Below are positions 38,053 to 50,460 of a stretch of DNA of 64,000 nucleotides, in pieces (the stretch's first letter is position 1; each line of letters begins with the position of its first letter). The notes below the pieces were generated by a model, which saw only the letters and a list, made by a program, of their open reading frames with translations, was not told where the DNA came from and made no database searches. The stretch spans positions 2,914,001-2,978,000 of the forward strand of contig OX597818.1 of assembly GCA_951406725.2 (NCBI GenBank), written 5' to 3'. Origin of the DNA: Octopus vulgaris (lineage: Eukaryota). The position numbers and the translations under genes are program-made.

Positions 38053-40779
38053 TGTAGTGATCCTACAACGGCGCGCGCTCGCGCACGGTCCATTTGTATT
38101 TCGCGCGTGTTGGTGCCTTCACCAAGGCACAGAAAGGAAGGCCCCTCTCGCGCATGCGTGAACCACCGGAAGCACGACCCGCTTGCCTATCGTGGTAGTT
38201 AGCGAGGCAAGGGGGTCGTAGAACGTTTGACCACTAGCAGCAGTCATCGAGGACTTGGGACCCAGCGATTGAAGGCGACGTCACGCGATATATTTTCTCT
38301 CCGTTGGAACTAGCTTCTAGCAGTCCTTACCAAATTGTTGCAGACCAACATCGTCTCCATTGTTCGACGCCATCTTGACCCCTTTCTGTTTTTGGGCTGA
38401 AGATTGTAAATATTACAATCTATTAACTTATAGCGGTGCGCGCCCAGAATCAAGGACATCAGATAACACGCTTATTGTTATTGTTACAAGAAAGAGAATA
38501 AAGTAGTTATATATATATTTCACGTCTGCGTCTTGTTGTTTCTGACGGGCAGAGATAATGGATTATTATTAACGAACGAGTGAGTGATTGCTTTGTGCAC
38601 CCCAAAAGTGCACTAGGATATTCACATTCACACTAAGCTCGTTACAGTGGTGACCCCGACGTGATTCTGGTCTAAAACCAGAGATCACTTATCAACAAAA
38701 AAATCCAGTTTTTCTGCGAAGTCAGAACACGATTTAACTCTACGCATTCATCTTTCGACGATTTGTTTTCCGGCCACCACACAGTTGTAGAAGGAGCTTC
38801 TTTCTTCTTCTACAGCCATGATGACGGATGCCATCATATATTCGATGCCTTTTCTCCACCTTCGTCATCATCATCGTCGTCTTTCTACTTCACGTCGTCG
38901 CTATCTTCGTCGCCATCATCACTAAGAACAATGTTGTCCCAAGTCCACTACAGTCGCCTTCCACCACCAACGTCGCCTTTCAACACCGTCGACCTCCACC
39001 AAGATGTACATAGCAACTCGCGGAAGTTTGGTCCACTTGCCGTTTGTGCATTAGCACACCAAGAATTCACAGCCCAGCACTATCTACGAGATTTCTTCTG
39101 TTCCAGTTAACCTGTCACAGCATTGAAGCCACAACCGCTACACGATATGTGTTCAACCGGCATCTGCATTTTGTGATTTCAACATTCTGTTACAGAACGA
39201 ACTGCTATTGTACATCAGGCTATTACAGACTGGTAAATTAATTCTTGTCTGGAATAGCCCTTGAGAGACATTTTTTCTATGCGCTGTTTTTATATTTTTG
39301 CTCGCATTCACCTTGTATGTATTTCTGTCGCACACATGTACACACACAAAAATGCTCTCTCTCACATACATACGTCACACAAGCTTTTCTCGCTTGTTTT
39401 TTCCATGCTAAATTTGCCTTTTGTGGACACCCCTCATTTCTATAGACCCTAGCGGTCACGTATACATAGAGAGGGTTGTTTGTCCATTATAACGCGCCAG
39501 CATGTCATACCTTTGTTCCTATACGAACGAAGCATATAATCGCTTAACCACTGGCATATTCATTTGCTGTTTTTCGGTCTGGCAAGCACCATTGCATTTC
39601 ATGCGTTTTTGCTTCGCACGTGTACTTGCCTTGTTTTTGCAACACGTGCGTTAGCCTAATTATTTTCCCGACTCATAGATGTCGGATGTTCACATGCGCT
39701 GCGCCATGTTTAGGCGTAATTATTTTTCCCTGTTAGACCACTGTTTGGTCACGTAATTAACAGAAAATTATCTGTGTCGCGCATCACACCAGCATGTTTG
39801 CACTTTTGCCTTTTGTGTTACTAGCGAGCTTCTGTCAATTCCATTTCCTCTCGTGCAGCAATTGATTTAACTGCTATTTTGCAGGATCAACCACCTTTAG
39901 AGAAGTTGGATTTAATTTCGCCTAGGTTCATTAACTGTGAGTTTTGCATTCCCTCCGCTTCCTACAGCGGAAGGCTCCATACTTTGTGACGTATACACTT
40001 TCATGCATGCACTCTTGATTTTTGCTCATTGAGTATTTTTTTCTCTTTTTCCTTTAGTAAATTTCTTGTGTATGTTATAAATTTTGCCATTATATTATTG
40101 TGTGCTGTTTGGTTATCTGGTCCACCTTGAGTTTTGCAGTCACTACAATAAGTTTCCTTTCGTGCGTATGCACTGGAGGGGAGCCTGTAGTGATCCTACA
40201 ACGGCGCGCGCTCGTGCACGGTCCATTTGTATTACGCGCGTGTTGGTGCCTTCACCAAGGCACAGAAAGGAAGGCCCCTCTCGCGCATGCGCGAACCACC
40301 GGAAGCACGACCCGCTTGCCTATCGTGGTAGTTAGCGAGGCAAGGGGGTCGTAGAACGTTTGACCACTAGCAGCAGTCATCGAGGACTTGGGACCCAGCG
40401 ATTGAAGGCGACGTCACGCGATATATTTTCTCTCCGTTGGAACTAGCTTCTAGCAGTCCTTACCAAATTGTTGCAGACCAACATCGTCTCCATTGTTCGA
40501 CGCCATCTTGACCCCTTTCTGTTTTTGGGCTGAAGATTGTAAATATTACAATCTATTAACTTATAGCGGTGCGCGCCCAGAATCAAGGACATCAGATAAC
40601 ACGCTTATTGTTATTGTTACAAGAAAGAGAATAAAGTAGTTATATATATATTTCACGTCTGCGTCTTGTTGTTTCTGACGGGCAGAGATAATGGATTATT
40701 ATTAACGAACGAGTGAGTGATTGCTTTGTGCACCCCAAAAGTGCACTAGGATATTCACATTCACACTAAGCTCGTTACA
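38053..40779 (+). mobile_element. Young non-autonomous LTR retrotransposon (Gypsy-type), tRNA-Trp primed
   Basis: 594 bp LTRs 38053-38646 and 40186-40779 differing at about 3 positions by eye; TG...CA; TSD CATT; PBS TGGTGACCCCGACGTGAT; PPT GGAGGGGAGCC; ~1.5 kb interior with no pol ORF. Confidence 0.95.
38648..38665 (+). other. Primer binding site complementary to the tRNA-Trp 3' end
   Basis: TGGTGACCCCGACGTGAT is the reverse complement of ATCACGTCGGGGTCACCA, the conserved metazoan tRNA-Trp 3' terminus. Confidence 0.9.
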
Positions 40780-43700
40780 CATTTAATTGTAAGAGAATTC
40801 TTCAAATATATCCCAAGACAATCTTTTTTGAGATGGCCCTGTATATTGTTTTAGAAATAATGTCATGTCAAATGAGAAGATAGTACTTTGATGATAATTT
40901 TTAGTAGCTGCTGACCACATGTATGATGTCTTTCCACAAAAATGTGACATAATCAACATGCTTGGTTGCAAATTGGGTTCCAAGAGCTTCCCTGTCTTTT
41001 GCACTTATTAGGTATTTTGCAGCAATCATTTGGTCTTGGATTGAAAATGCAGTTTTCAAAGTGTCATGATATAACAGTCATGAGTCCAAGAAAGACTGCA
41101 CTTCATGCTAATATTAGTGTCATCTTTGAGCCTTCAGGAAACATAGCCATGAATGATCTATTTTTGATATACTGAGCATTTCATAACCAAGTTTTCTTGG
41201 AGATATGTTAGTCCAGTTATTGTGGATTTTAATGTCTGTGGAGTGGATTTTTTCTACATACCAGTCAAATATTCCAAAAGCTGGTATCAGCACTGGTACT
41301 ACGAATGCACTGTAGGATATTGTCTTATTGTAAGAGGAGAGATCCAATGCCATATTTTTCTATGTTTGGTGTAATATTCTTGGGTCACTCTGTCTTTATT
41401 CACAGCACTTTGATAGGATATGTTTTCATCAATGCCTGATATTTGTAGCAGTCTTTGTGTGGAACAGGAGATTGATACACAAAATGTTCAGTAATCAAAT
41501 ACAAACATTTCTTTTGACCAAATTCTATTCCTATGTCTGCTGAAAATGTAATTAACTCCAGCTGTTTTTTTCTTTGCATTGTAAACATTTTTAGTATAGA
41601 TCTTTAGGTCATCCACAAAGAAATTATAGGTCAGATTGCTATCTCTAACAGTAGTAGATCCTAATATGTAATCATAAGATTTCTGAAACAGAAATGATAA
41701 AAGATTTAATGTCAAAATAAACACAATTACAGAAAGACTATCTGCTTGGTATATTCTTTTTGAAATACTTATTGCAACAGAGACAATTATTCCATTCTCA
41801 GCTGTAAGTGTGAGGATTGTTGCCCAGGTCTTTGCAAGCCTCTCAATGACAGCAAGTAAGGTAACAGATACTTTTGCCAAGTGCAGAGACTTAAGCAGCC
41901 ATGAGTGGGGAATAGAGTTGAATGCTTTCTGATAACTGAGCCACACTGTCACAAAGTTTCTGTAGTGTTTTCTTTGGACAGCACAATTTTGCTTATCACA
42001 CTCCCTTCTTCATAAACTACCATGTTGTGGGACTCAGAATGATCATGGAAGAATTTGGTGAGGCAGCTTGGGTAAAGCTTATACATAATGTTTTAGCAAG
42101 TAATGGGCCTAAAGTTTTCTGTTTACTTAGTTGGTTCATTCTTAGTTGCAAGATTTATCACTGCTATAGCAAACCAATTTGATATGTCAATCTTGCCTTC
42201 CACAGTTCTTTTGAATGTACACATTAATGACTTTCTGTATCCAACTCTTAAGTCTCTTCCAAGTGCCTTCTCGTCATACAGTTTGCCTACAACTATGGTG
42301 CAAGGTTGATTGTATCTGATTTACTGCTGATGTTACGGTATTGTTTCATAACTGAATTCAGTCATGAAATCTCTCTTTTCATTCCAGATCATAGAACAGA
42401 ATGATTCAAGATCTTTTACAGAAAGGATTTTTTAACAACATTTTCCTTCATCATCTCCAGCTATAATGCCTGTGGATTAAAAGCAAACTTCAAACTTAGA
42501 GTTTGGTTAGCCACTTCAAACTTATAACTATAACCCAGAGAAAACAGGCTTTTGTAACATAATTTGTTATGTACAATAAATAAGATAACCAGGCAATGGT
42601 AACAACAATGTAATGGACTAACAAATTTCTTTATGAATCAACAATCAATATTTCTTCCAACTTCGCTTGACTCTGAACTCTGAACCTAGAATTCACTTGG
42701 ATTGTTACTATCTGTATTTTACTCAGACCAGTCTATCTCTTGCAAGGGGACATCATAACTCTCATCATAACATCTCCCCTTCTGAGATTTTGACAACTTT
42801 TGTTTTTATTTTTTCTTTGCAGCACCTTGCCCTCTTTTTTTTCTTTTTAATTGTTGTATCTTAATTGTTGCCTGACTTTTAAGGTAGTATTGTTTGTTGC
42901 ACAGAGCACTTTTTCTTTTCATTGTACTAAACACTCTTGTTGAAAATTTAATATCTTTTTCATTTAGGTATTACTTCTGTTTTCAATTTCTGAAGCTAGT
43001 TCTACAGGGTTCAATATCTCTTGGTGCTGGCACTTCAAACATATAATAGAAGACTTCCATTTGTTCTTCTGTATGTCTCACCTTTAACTGGTTAAGGTGT
43101 CTCTTATGTTCTGAATGTTGTCCTTTAATTAAATACATCATGTTATCTAATCTTTTGATCACACAGCCATCCTCCCAACTTCCTTTACCATTTTTGTAAT
43201 TCTTAAAATGAACTGTATCTCCTACTTTAAAATGTTTTGTAACATTTTTCATATTTCCTTCAAATGTACTTTTTGTCTTTCCTTTATATGTATTTTTTCC
43301 TGGCAAAAGTTCATTAAAGATTGATTTTATTTTATGTGCTAACATTAACTCAGCTGGTGACTTTCCTGAATTAGAATTTGGATTTGGCGTTATTCTATAT
43401 ACTTTCAAAAATTTTGTTAATGCCTCATCATTAGCTAGCTTGTTCCTAGCTTTTCTTAGAGCTTTTTTGAATGTGTTGATGAATCTTTCCACCTGCTTGT
43501 TTGACCTTGAGTTGTAGGGTGGTGGTAAAGATGTGTTTTATGGCGTGTATTTTGCAGAAATTTCTTAATTCATATCTCGTGAACTGTGTTCCATTATCTG
43601 AAATTAATGTGCCTGGAACACTGTATTGAGCAAATAACTCGAGTAGGAACTTTATTGTTGTCTTTGCTGTGGGTTTATTACATCTGCATACATCTGGCCA

Positions 43701-43804
43701 CTTTGTATAGTTATCCATGATTAAATAGTGAGTGCCATTCACTGGTCTAGCACAGTTGATTTGTATTCTGGACCATGGGCTCTCAGTCTTTGTCTGAGAG
43801 TACT

Positions 43805-44150
43805 TACTCTTTTACTTTTTTACTTGTTTCAGTCATTTGAGCAAATCAACCCTAGGACTTATTCTTTGTAAGCCTAGTACTTATTCTATTGGTCTCTTTT
43901 GCTGAACTGCTAAGTGACGGGGACGTATACACACCACCATCAGTTGTCAAGCAATGTTGGGGGGACAAATACAGACACGCAAACACACATACATATATAT
44001 ATGTACGACAGGCTTCTTTCAGTTTCCGTCTACCAAATCCATTCACAAGGCTTTGGTCAGCCCGAGGCTATAGTAGAAGACACTTACCCAAGGTGCCACA
44101 TAGTGGCATGTAGTTCGTAAGCAAGCTACTTACCACACAGCCACTCCTAC
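43805..44150 (-). mobile_element. tRNA-derived SINE at the Gypsy deletion point
   Basis: Head GTAGGAGTGGCTGTGTGGTAAGTAGCTTGC, same body as 52690-53096, (AAGAGTAA)-type tail. Confidence 0.85.
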
Positions 44151-45364
44151 TTGCAGAAACATTAAAAAAAATTTCTCTTTAACTCTTCAGATGAATTATT
44201 TTTAGAGGGACAACCATTTACGTTTTTACAATAGAGATTTATGGGAAGGTCCCATGAATTGAATAATTCTAACCAATCGGTACCAAACAGATCGGTTGTA
44301 TTTTTAACAATGAAAACTTTCACATTGCATGTTTTCCCTTGAAATGAGACATTAGTCCACATTTTGCCTATGAAATGTAATTTGTTGTCTGTCATGCTAC
44401 AAGCAGATTTCACTGTTTTCCTACAAGCAGATTTCCTGTTTTCTTCCATGTGTCCATATTTATTATTGAAATATCACTTCCAGTATCCAATTGAAGTTTA
44501 ATATGCATTCCATTTATTTTTATGTGTACAAATTTTCTTATTTGGGTGTCAATTTTTGTTTCTGCTGAGAGCACTCTAAGATTTTTAACATTTGACCTTT
44601 GTAATTTTGTTCTGCAGTGTGAACTTTTGTAACCAATTCTTTTGCAACTGTAACATTTTTGATTTTTAAATGGACAGTCTTTTCTGAAATGTATGCCCCC
44701 ACATCTATAACATGGCGCTCTTTTTTGGTTGTACTTTTCTGGCTGGCATATCTGTATTTTTGAAGAATCTTTTCTTGAATTTTTTCTACATCATGTTTCA
44801 GGTTTACCACTCTTTGGCATTCTTCTGCCATGGACTGTAAGGTTAGATCTTGGTTTGCTTGTTCCAATATAGGAAGAATTCTTGCCCGAATTTCTGCATG
44901 TTCACTTGCTGTAAGGCCTTGTATGAAAATAAGACACTAGAATATCTAAAGTGTAAGTTCTTCGAGTTTAAAACTTTCACACGTCATGTTGACTATTCCT
45001 GCATATGTAATAAAATCATCAGTCTCCTTTTTCATTATATTCCAACACTCCATTCAAGTGTTAAATAGAGAAGTTTTATCACCAAATATGTTAGACAGTA
45101 ATTCTATTGTTTCTTTAAAACAAATTTCATTGAGTTTTTTGAACAATATGAAATTACAGTAACATTCATGCTCAAACAGAGCTAATTTTCGCACTTTTTC
45201 TTTGTCTGACCATGATTTGCAATCTTGCATAAAAATTTCCTCATACCTTCTGTAGTATGATGCAAAAGTTATACCCTCCTCTAGGTTATAACTGAATTCA
45301 TTAATTGAGTTCAAAATGCCATCTCCCAAAAACGAACTTACCTAATTTTTGGACTTGCTTGAAT

Positions 45365-45507
45365 ATCATCATTTAGCGTCCATTTTCCACGCTAGCATGG
45401 GTTGGACAGTTCAACTGGGGTCTGGGGAGCCCGAAGGCTGCACCAGGCCAGTCAGATCTGGCAGTGTTTCTACAGCTGGATGCCCTTCCTAACGCCAACC
45501 ACTCCAA
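45365..45507 (-). mobile_element. Very short RTE 3' end inserted in the Gypsy gag
   Basis: GTTGGCGTTAGGAAGGGCATCCAGC...GGACGCTAAATGATGAT. Confidence 0.85.
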
Positions 45508-45989
45508 TAATTGTTGTTGTTGTAGTTGTTGCTGTAATAGTTGCTTCTGCAACTCCTGTTGCTGCTCTTGTTGCTTTTGCAACTGTGTTATGGAAGCTAA
45601 TAGGTCTTCCATTATTTAACAAATTGTCACACAAACAAATTGTTAAATAACCTACTTGAGCTTCAAAACCCTTGTCGCCACATTGTTGTAACATAATTTG
45701 GTATGTACAGTAAATAAGATAACCAGACAACAGTACAAACAATGTAACGAACTAACAAATCCCTTTATGAACCAACAATCAATATTCCTTGTGAACTAAC
45801 CAACTGACTTCACTGCGAACTAACATGAACTTCACTTAACTCCAAATTCTGAACCTAAAACTCACTTGGATCATTACTATTTATACTTTACTCAGCCCAG
45901 TCTATCTCTTGCAAGGAGGTGTTGTAACTCGCATCACAACACAGGCTCATCTGGAAAAGAGGAATATGGAAACTTAAAGACCCAGCAAA

Positions 45990-48465
45990 CAATAAGAAAT
46001 TTAGAAACTCTAATTGAAGATTCTGACAACAAGGAGTTAGAAGCATAGAAGACAAGGAGTTGCTATGGGTCAACCTGCTAAGAGCTACAGACCAAATTTG
46101 TGGCTGGTGAAAAATCCTGGCCAAACCAAGAACAACATGGTGGTGGAAAAGTGTGGTAGGTGGAGTTATAAAAGCAAAGAGACATGCCTGGAAGGACTGG
46201 AAGAATGGGGGTAGTAGAGAATTATACCAAGTAGACAGAAAAGAAGCAAGGAGACAGATCCACGTAGAAAAGGGGAAAGCAAAAAGATCTGCCAATGATC
46301 TACAGCATGAGGATTAGAGAAAGACAGGTGTTTTGGATAGGGAGACAGAATATCAGAGAAAATCAAAATGTTTTGGGGGAGAAGTGTGTGTGGATGGATT
46401 ACGGTATGCTTGCATTTAGTGATCCTAAAAAGAAAGAAGCATGGATGTGCTACTATGAAAGGCTATTAAGCATAGAGAATAACTGAGAAAAAGGGTCTTG
46501 GCAATTAAAGATATGAAAGCCCTTGGTTCATCAAGAATCACTGCTGAGATGCCTGAAATATCTGGTGCAGTAGGTTTTGGCCTTGTCACCTATAGTCATG
46601 TTATATCAGAAAATGCCATACCAAGTGACTGGTGTAAGAGCATTAGAGTCAATAGTTACAAGGGAAAAAGAAATGCCTTAGATTGAAATAAGTACTGAGG
46701 TATCAAATTGCTAGACCAAGTCATAAACGTTACAGAGAGATGTATAACTCAAGTAATAAAGAACAAAGTTAATCTAGATGATGCAGTTTAGCTTTGTAAG
46801 ATCTGGTCATCAAATCTAAGTAGAGACTTCAAACTTGAAATCTTCAAAGCCACAATCGAACCATTTCTACTATATGGCTCAGAAACCTGGACATTATCAA
46901 AGAAGCTTGAGAGGCGGTTGGATGGAACCTACACTCGCCTCCTTATGAGAGCTCAAAATCTCTCGTGGAAGCGCCATCCAACCAAAATGCAAATATATGG
47001 GAAACTACCACCTGTGTCATCTCTTGTGAAAGGTAGGAGAGTCCAGTTTGCTGGACATTGTTGTAGAGCTGAAAAAGAGATAATTTCTACTCTTCTCCTC
47101 TGGAAGCCATCTGCTCGTGGTACCACAGGGCGCACACTCTCCTACCCTGATGTAATCTCCAGGGATGCAGGCATCCAGCAGCAGGACCTCCGTAATGCCA
47201 TGATGGACCGTGAGGTCTGGCGTAGCATGGTGAATTCCATTGTCTCGACCACGATCGAACAATGATGATGATGATTGTAGTAGAGAGAGAAGTACTACTG
47301 ATGCCATCTTAGTAAGACAACTGCAAGACAAGTATCTAGTAAGCCATGGTACTTGACAAGTATCTAGCAAGACAAGTATCTAGCTAAAAGTAAGCCATTG
47401 TATCTGATATTTATTGATCTGGAGAAAGTCTTCTACAGAGTCTATAACTCTGTGACAATGTGGTTTCTGAGGAATTAGGAATGTAGGGTAGATGAATGGC
47501 TTATGAAAGCTGTACAAACCATATACAGAAATGCTGTGTGTAAGGTGGGATTTAGTAAAGAGTACAGTGATAAATTTAGTGTACAGGTAAGTGTTCACCA
47601 GGTCCTACAGGCCATAACAGATGAATTCAAGACTGTCTTTGGGAACTACTATATGCTGATGATCTCATTCTCATAGTGGAATCCATAACAGAATCAGGAA
47701 AGAAATTCCAGATGTGGAAGCAAAACCTCCTGGAATCAAATAAAGTTAACTTAGGAAAGACCAAAGTTACAGTGAGCTGGAAAACAGACAGGATTCTACT
47801 CTCTTCAGGTAAATGGCCTTACTCAATATATAAGAAAGGTGTAGGCAAGAATTCCAGATGGTCTACCTAGTGCAGGCTATGAACACATAAGCAGTGCAAT
47901 GGAATCACTGAACGGTTAACAATGAAAGTAGTGTTTGTATGTGGACGATGCATGAGTTCCAAAAAGACAAAGGAACATGGGAAATAGATTATCTCGGATA
48001 CTTTGAGGAATCCTAAGAAGTAGTAGATAGTTTCAGATACTCAGTTGACCTAATTAGTAGTGGAAGATGTTCTGAAAGTGTAGTTACTAGAATAAAAATA
48101 GGATAGATAAAATTCAGAAGGTTATCATTTCTGCAGGCCACAAAGAGTAGGGAGGAATGAAGCTAGTATGCTCTGTTGGATGTGAAATATCAGCATGCAT
48201 GTAAGACTAAGTGTCAAAGTTTTGAAAGAAAAATTAGGCATAAGAAGAATCAAATCTTGTGTGCAAGAGAGAAAACTGCACTGGCTCAGTTGTTTTATGT
48301 GTATGGATGAAAATAAAGTGGATAGAACTTGTGGAAGAGGAAGGTCCAGGAAGACATAGGACGAAGTAGTGAAGGCTGATCTCAAGATGTTGAACTGCAC
48401 AGAGGAAATGACTAAGAACTGAGAGGCCTGTCAATTTGCTGTACTCAAGAAAAACCCATCCAACA
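45990..48465 (+). mobile_element. Old degraded RTE LINE
   Basis: EAWMCYYERLL, IPSDWCKS, ELLYADDL, VNLGKTKV..GKWP, GRGRSRKT. Confidence 0.85.
46799..47274 (+). mobile_element. 5'-truncated RTE-type LINE of a different family nested in the old RTE
   Basis: LLYGSETW..LDGTYTRLL..FAGHC; ORF ends in TGA running into a (TGA)n tail; TSD TTGTA at 46794-46798 and 47275-47279. Confidence 0.88.
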
Positions 48466-48629
48466 CAACAAAAATTACATCCTAAAAGTATGCTTGTAGC
48501 CCATTCTGCCCCATCAAGCATCTTTCACATCTCATTCTTGATACTCTCTCAAACTTAGCCTTAGCATAAAGCCATTTTCCCCAAATCTTTCCAATCTTCT
48601 CCAGTGGTGAAATGATTAAAGAAGGTTCT

Positions 48630-49027
48630 TTATTTGTCACATGGCTAAAAAGACCCAAGACTGGTTGGAAGAAAATGGCATTAAAAAGATTTCATGGCCA
48701 AACCAGTCACCAGATATGAACCCTATTGAACATCTCTGGGGCACAATGGACAGGACACTTTATAAAAAGAACAAGAAAGCATCCTCAAAAGCCAAAACTT
48801 TTGAGATTACTGCATGAAACTTGGCAAGAAATTCCTCAAGAGAATATTTGTCATCTGATATATGTATGCCTAATAAAGTCCTCGTATTGAAAAATGCAAA
48901 GGGCATGTCTACTAAATATTAAATATTTATATTATAATAATTAATAAATAATTTGAATGCATAATTCCAGATTTAAATAAATTTTAACGATTGTAAGGGT
49001 TTCTATTTATTTTGTCATGTCTGTGTA
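48630..49027 (+). mobile_element. Tc1 transposase C-terminal fragment and right end
   Basis: WPNQSPDMNPIEHLW motif; KNAKGMSTKY* terminus; ends near CTGTG|TA. Confidence 0.85.
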
Positions 49028-49153
49028 CATACACACACACACACACACGTGTGTATGTGCATATAATGTACTGTTCCATGATGGCAAGCTCAACAAAAAA
49101 TGTATTCCGTCTGGTGAGAGATAAATATTATTTAATATACACAATACATGTTA

Positions 49154-49211
49154 TATTCTACTAATAGTTTCATATGTTGAGAAGTACCTCAGATATATTC
49201 ATCAGGCACAA
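49154..49211 (-). ncRNA. Degenerate type I hammerhead ribozyme motif in the Penelope terminal region
   Basis: CTGATGA-ATATATCTGAG..CTCAACATAT-GAAAC-TATTAGTA; stem I has mismatches. Confidence 0.6.
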
Positions 49212-50057
49212 ACCACATATAATGAACTAAAAATGGAATGAGAAAAGAAATGCGAAAATTTGAGAAGAAACCTTATAGATACCGAAGAAGGTAAAAAAAC
49301 AGAAAATGAAAAAGTAAAAAAAGTAAGAGTTATCCCCCTTAGACCTTAAGTTATAAGGCTGGAACGATATCAACAAGTTAATTAGGTATAGGTGGAATTT
49401 TCCAATTCTTCAAAATGTACTTTGACATTCTTCTAGCATCAGCCACCCATCACTCCACCCTCTTTTTGTGCACTACCAGCTTCCTCCTCCTCCCTATTAT
49501 CCTCCTTTGCACACACACTATTTTACCAATCACCTTTTTAGGCTTTCAGTATCTTTCTCCTCTACGATATTCCATTCTGTTCCTTTAAACATCTTATAGC
49601 TGAAAATTTCAGATCTAGAGTTCAGTAGTAAGCAGGGAATCTTAGATCCAAAAAGAATCTGAATGCTTTCAGCTAAACATAGCTTACATTTATTGATCCA
49701 TTAACATAAAGCATGGATTTTTCAATTATTTTCTACCTAATCACATGTGGTGTCGCGTTAGATTTCAAATTCCATTCATGGGTAGCCAACTTAATAGCTT
49801 TGCTTTTGTCCTTATTTCAGAAGGAGGCTATGTGATTATTATAGCGATTTTTAAATTCTCCTTCATATAATCCAATGTAGGTCTTCTTATCTGTTGTATT
49901 ATCATCTAGCATTGCAGTAACTTCTGCCTCATATATGGCAGATTTAATCACAAGTTGACAGGATCCTGCTTCCTGACAGTTACAACTGGATTTAGGCTCT
50001 TGGTATTGACCTTGTGTAATGATACTCTTTACATTGGGGCAGCAACTAAAAGATAAG

Positions 50058-50460
50058 TGGTAAGTAGCTTGCTTAAGAACCACATGGTTTCAGGTTCAGT
50101 CCCACTGCATGGCACCTTGGGCAAGTGTCTTCTACTATAGCCTCAGGCTGCCAACCAAAGCCTTGTGAGTGGATTTGGTAGATGGAAACTGAAAGAAGCC
50201 CATCGTATATATGTATATATATATATATATGTATGTGTGTGTATATGTTTGTGTATCTGTGTTTGTCCCCCAACATCGCTTGGCAACCGATGCTGGTGTG
50301 TTTATGTCCCCATAACTTAGTGGTTCAGCAAAAGAGACCGATAGAATAAGTACTAGGCTTACAAAGAATAAGTCCTAGGGTCGATTTGCTTGACTAAAGG
50401 TGGTGCTCCAGCATGGCCACAATCACATGAGTGAAACAAGTAAAATAGAATAAAAGAGAG
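50058..50460 (+). mobile_element. tRNA-derived SINE nested in Penelope
   Basis: GTGGTAAGTAGCTTGC..GGTTCAGTCCC head; body shared with 52690-53096. Confidence 0.85.

Larger units (their letters stand above)
37690..42500 (-). mobile_element. R4/Dong-like LINE, degraded, split by the young LTR element
   Basis: WLSYQKAFNSIPHSWL, IYQADSLS, FFVDDLKIY, DIGIEFGQKKC; continues on both sides of 38053-40779. Confidence 0.75.
42550..45941 (-). mobile_element. Gypsy LTR element lacking RT/RNase H (gag-PR-IN)
   Basis: LTRs 42550-42772 and 45684-45941; perfect TSD CAGGC; PBS-like TGGCGACAAGG; PPT GAAGGGGAGA; protease LQLDTGSDIS; integrase ISDNGTQF, ERFINTFKKAL. Confidence 0.92.

Noticed and set aside
38396-38425. 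CTGAAGA plus hairpin in the young LTR as a retrozyme hammerhead
   Set aside because: No GAAA box after the stem, so the catalytic core is incomplete.
33207-49027. Tc1 5' fragment and Tc1 3' fragment as two halves of one 16 kb element
   Set aside because: The terminal sequences are not recognisable inverted repeats of each other, and host exons lie between them.
49186-49224. Possible small minus-strand exon FIICGLCLMNISE with a good pyrimidine tract
   Set aside because: It overlaps the Penelope terminal hammerhead and has no recognisable HORMAD similarity.
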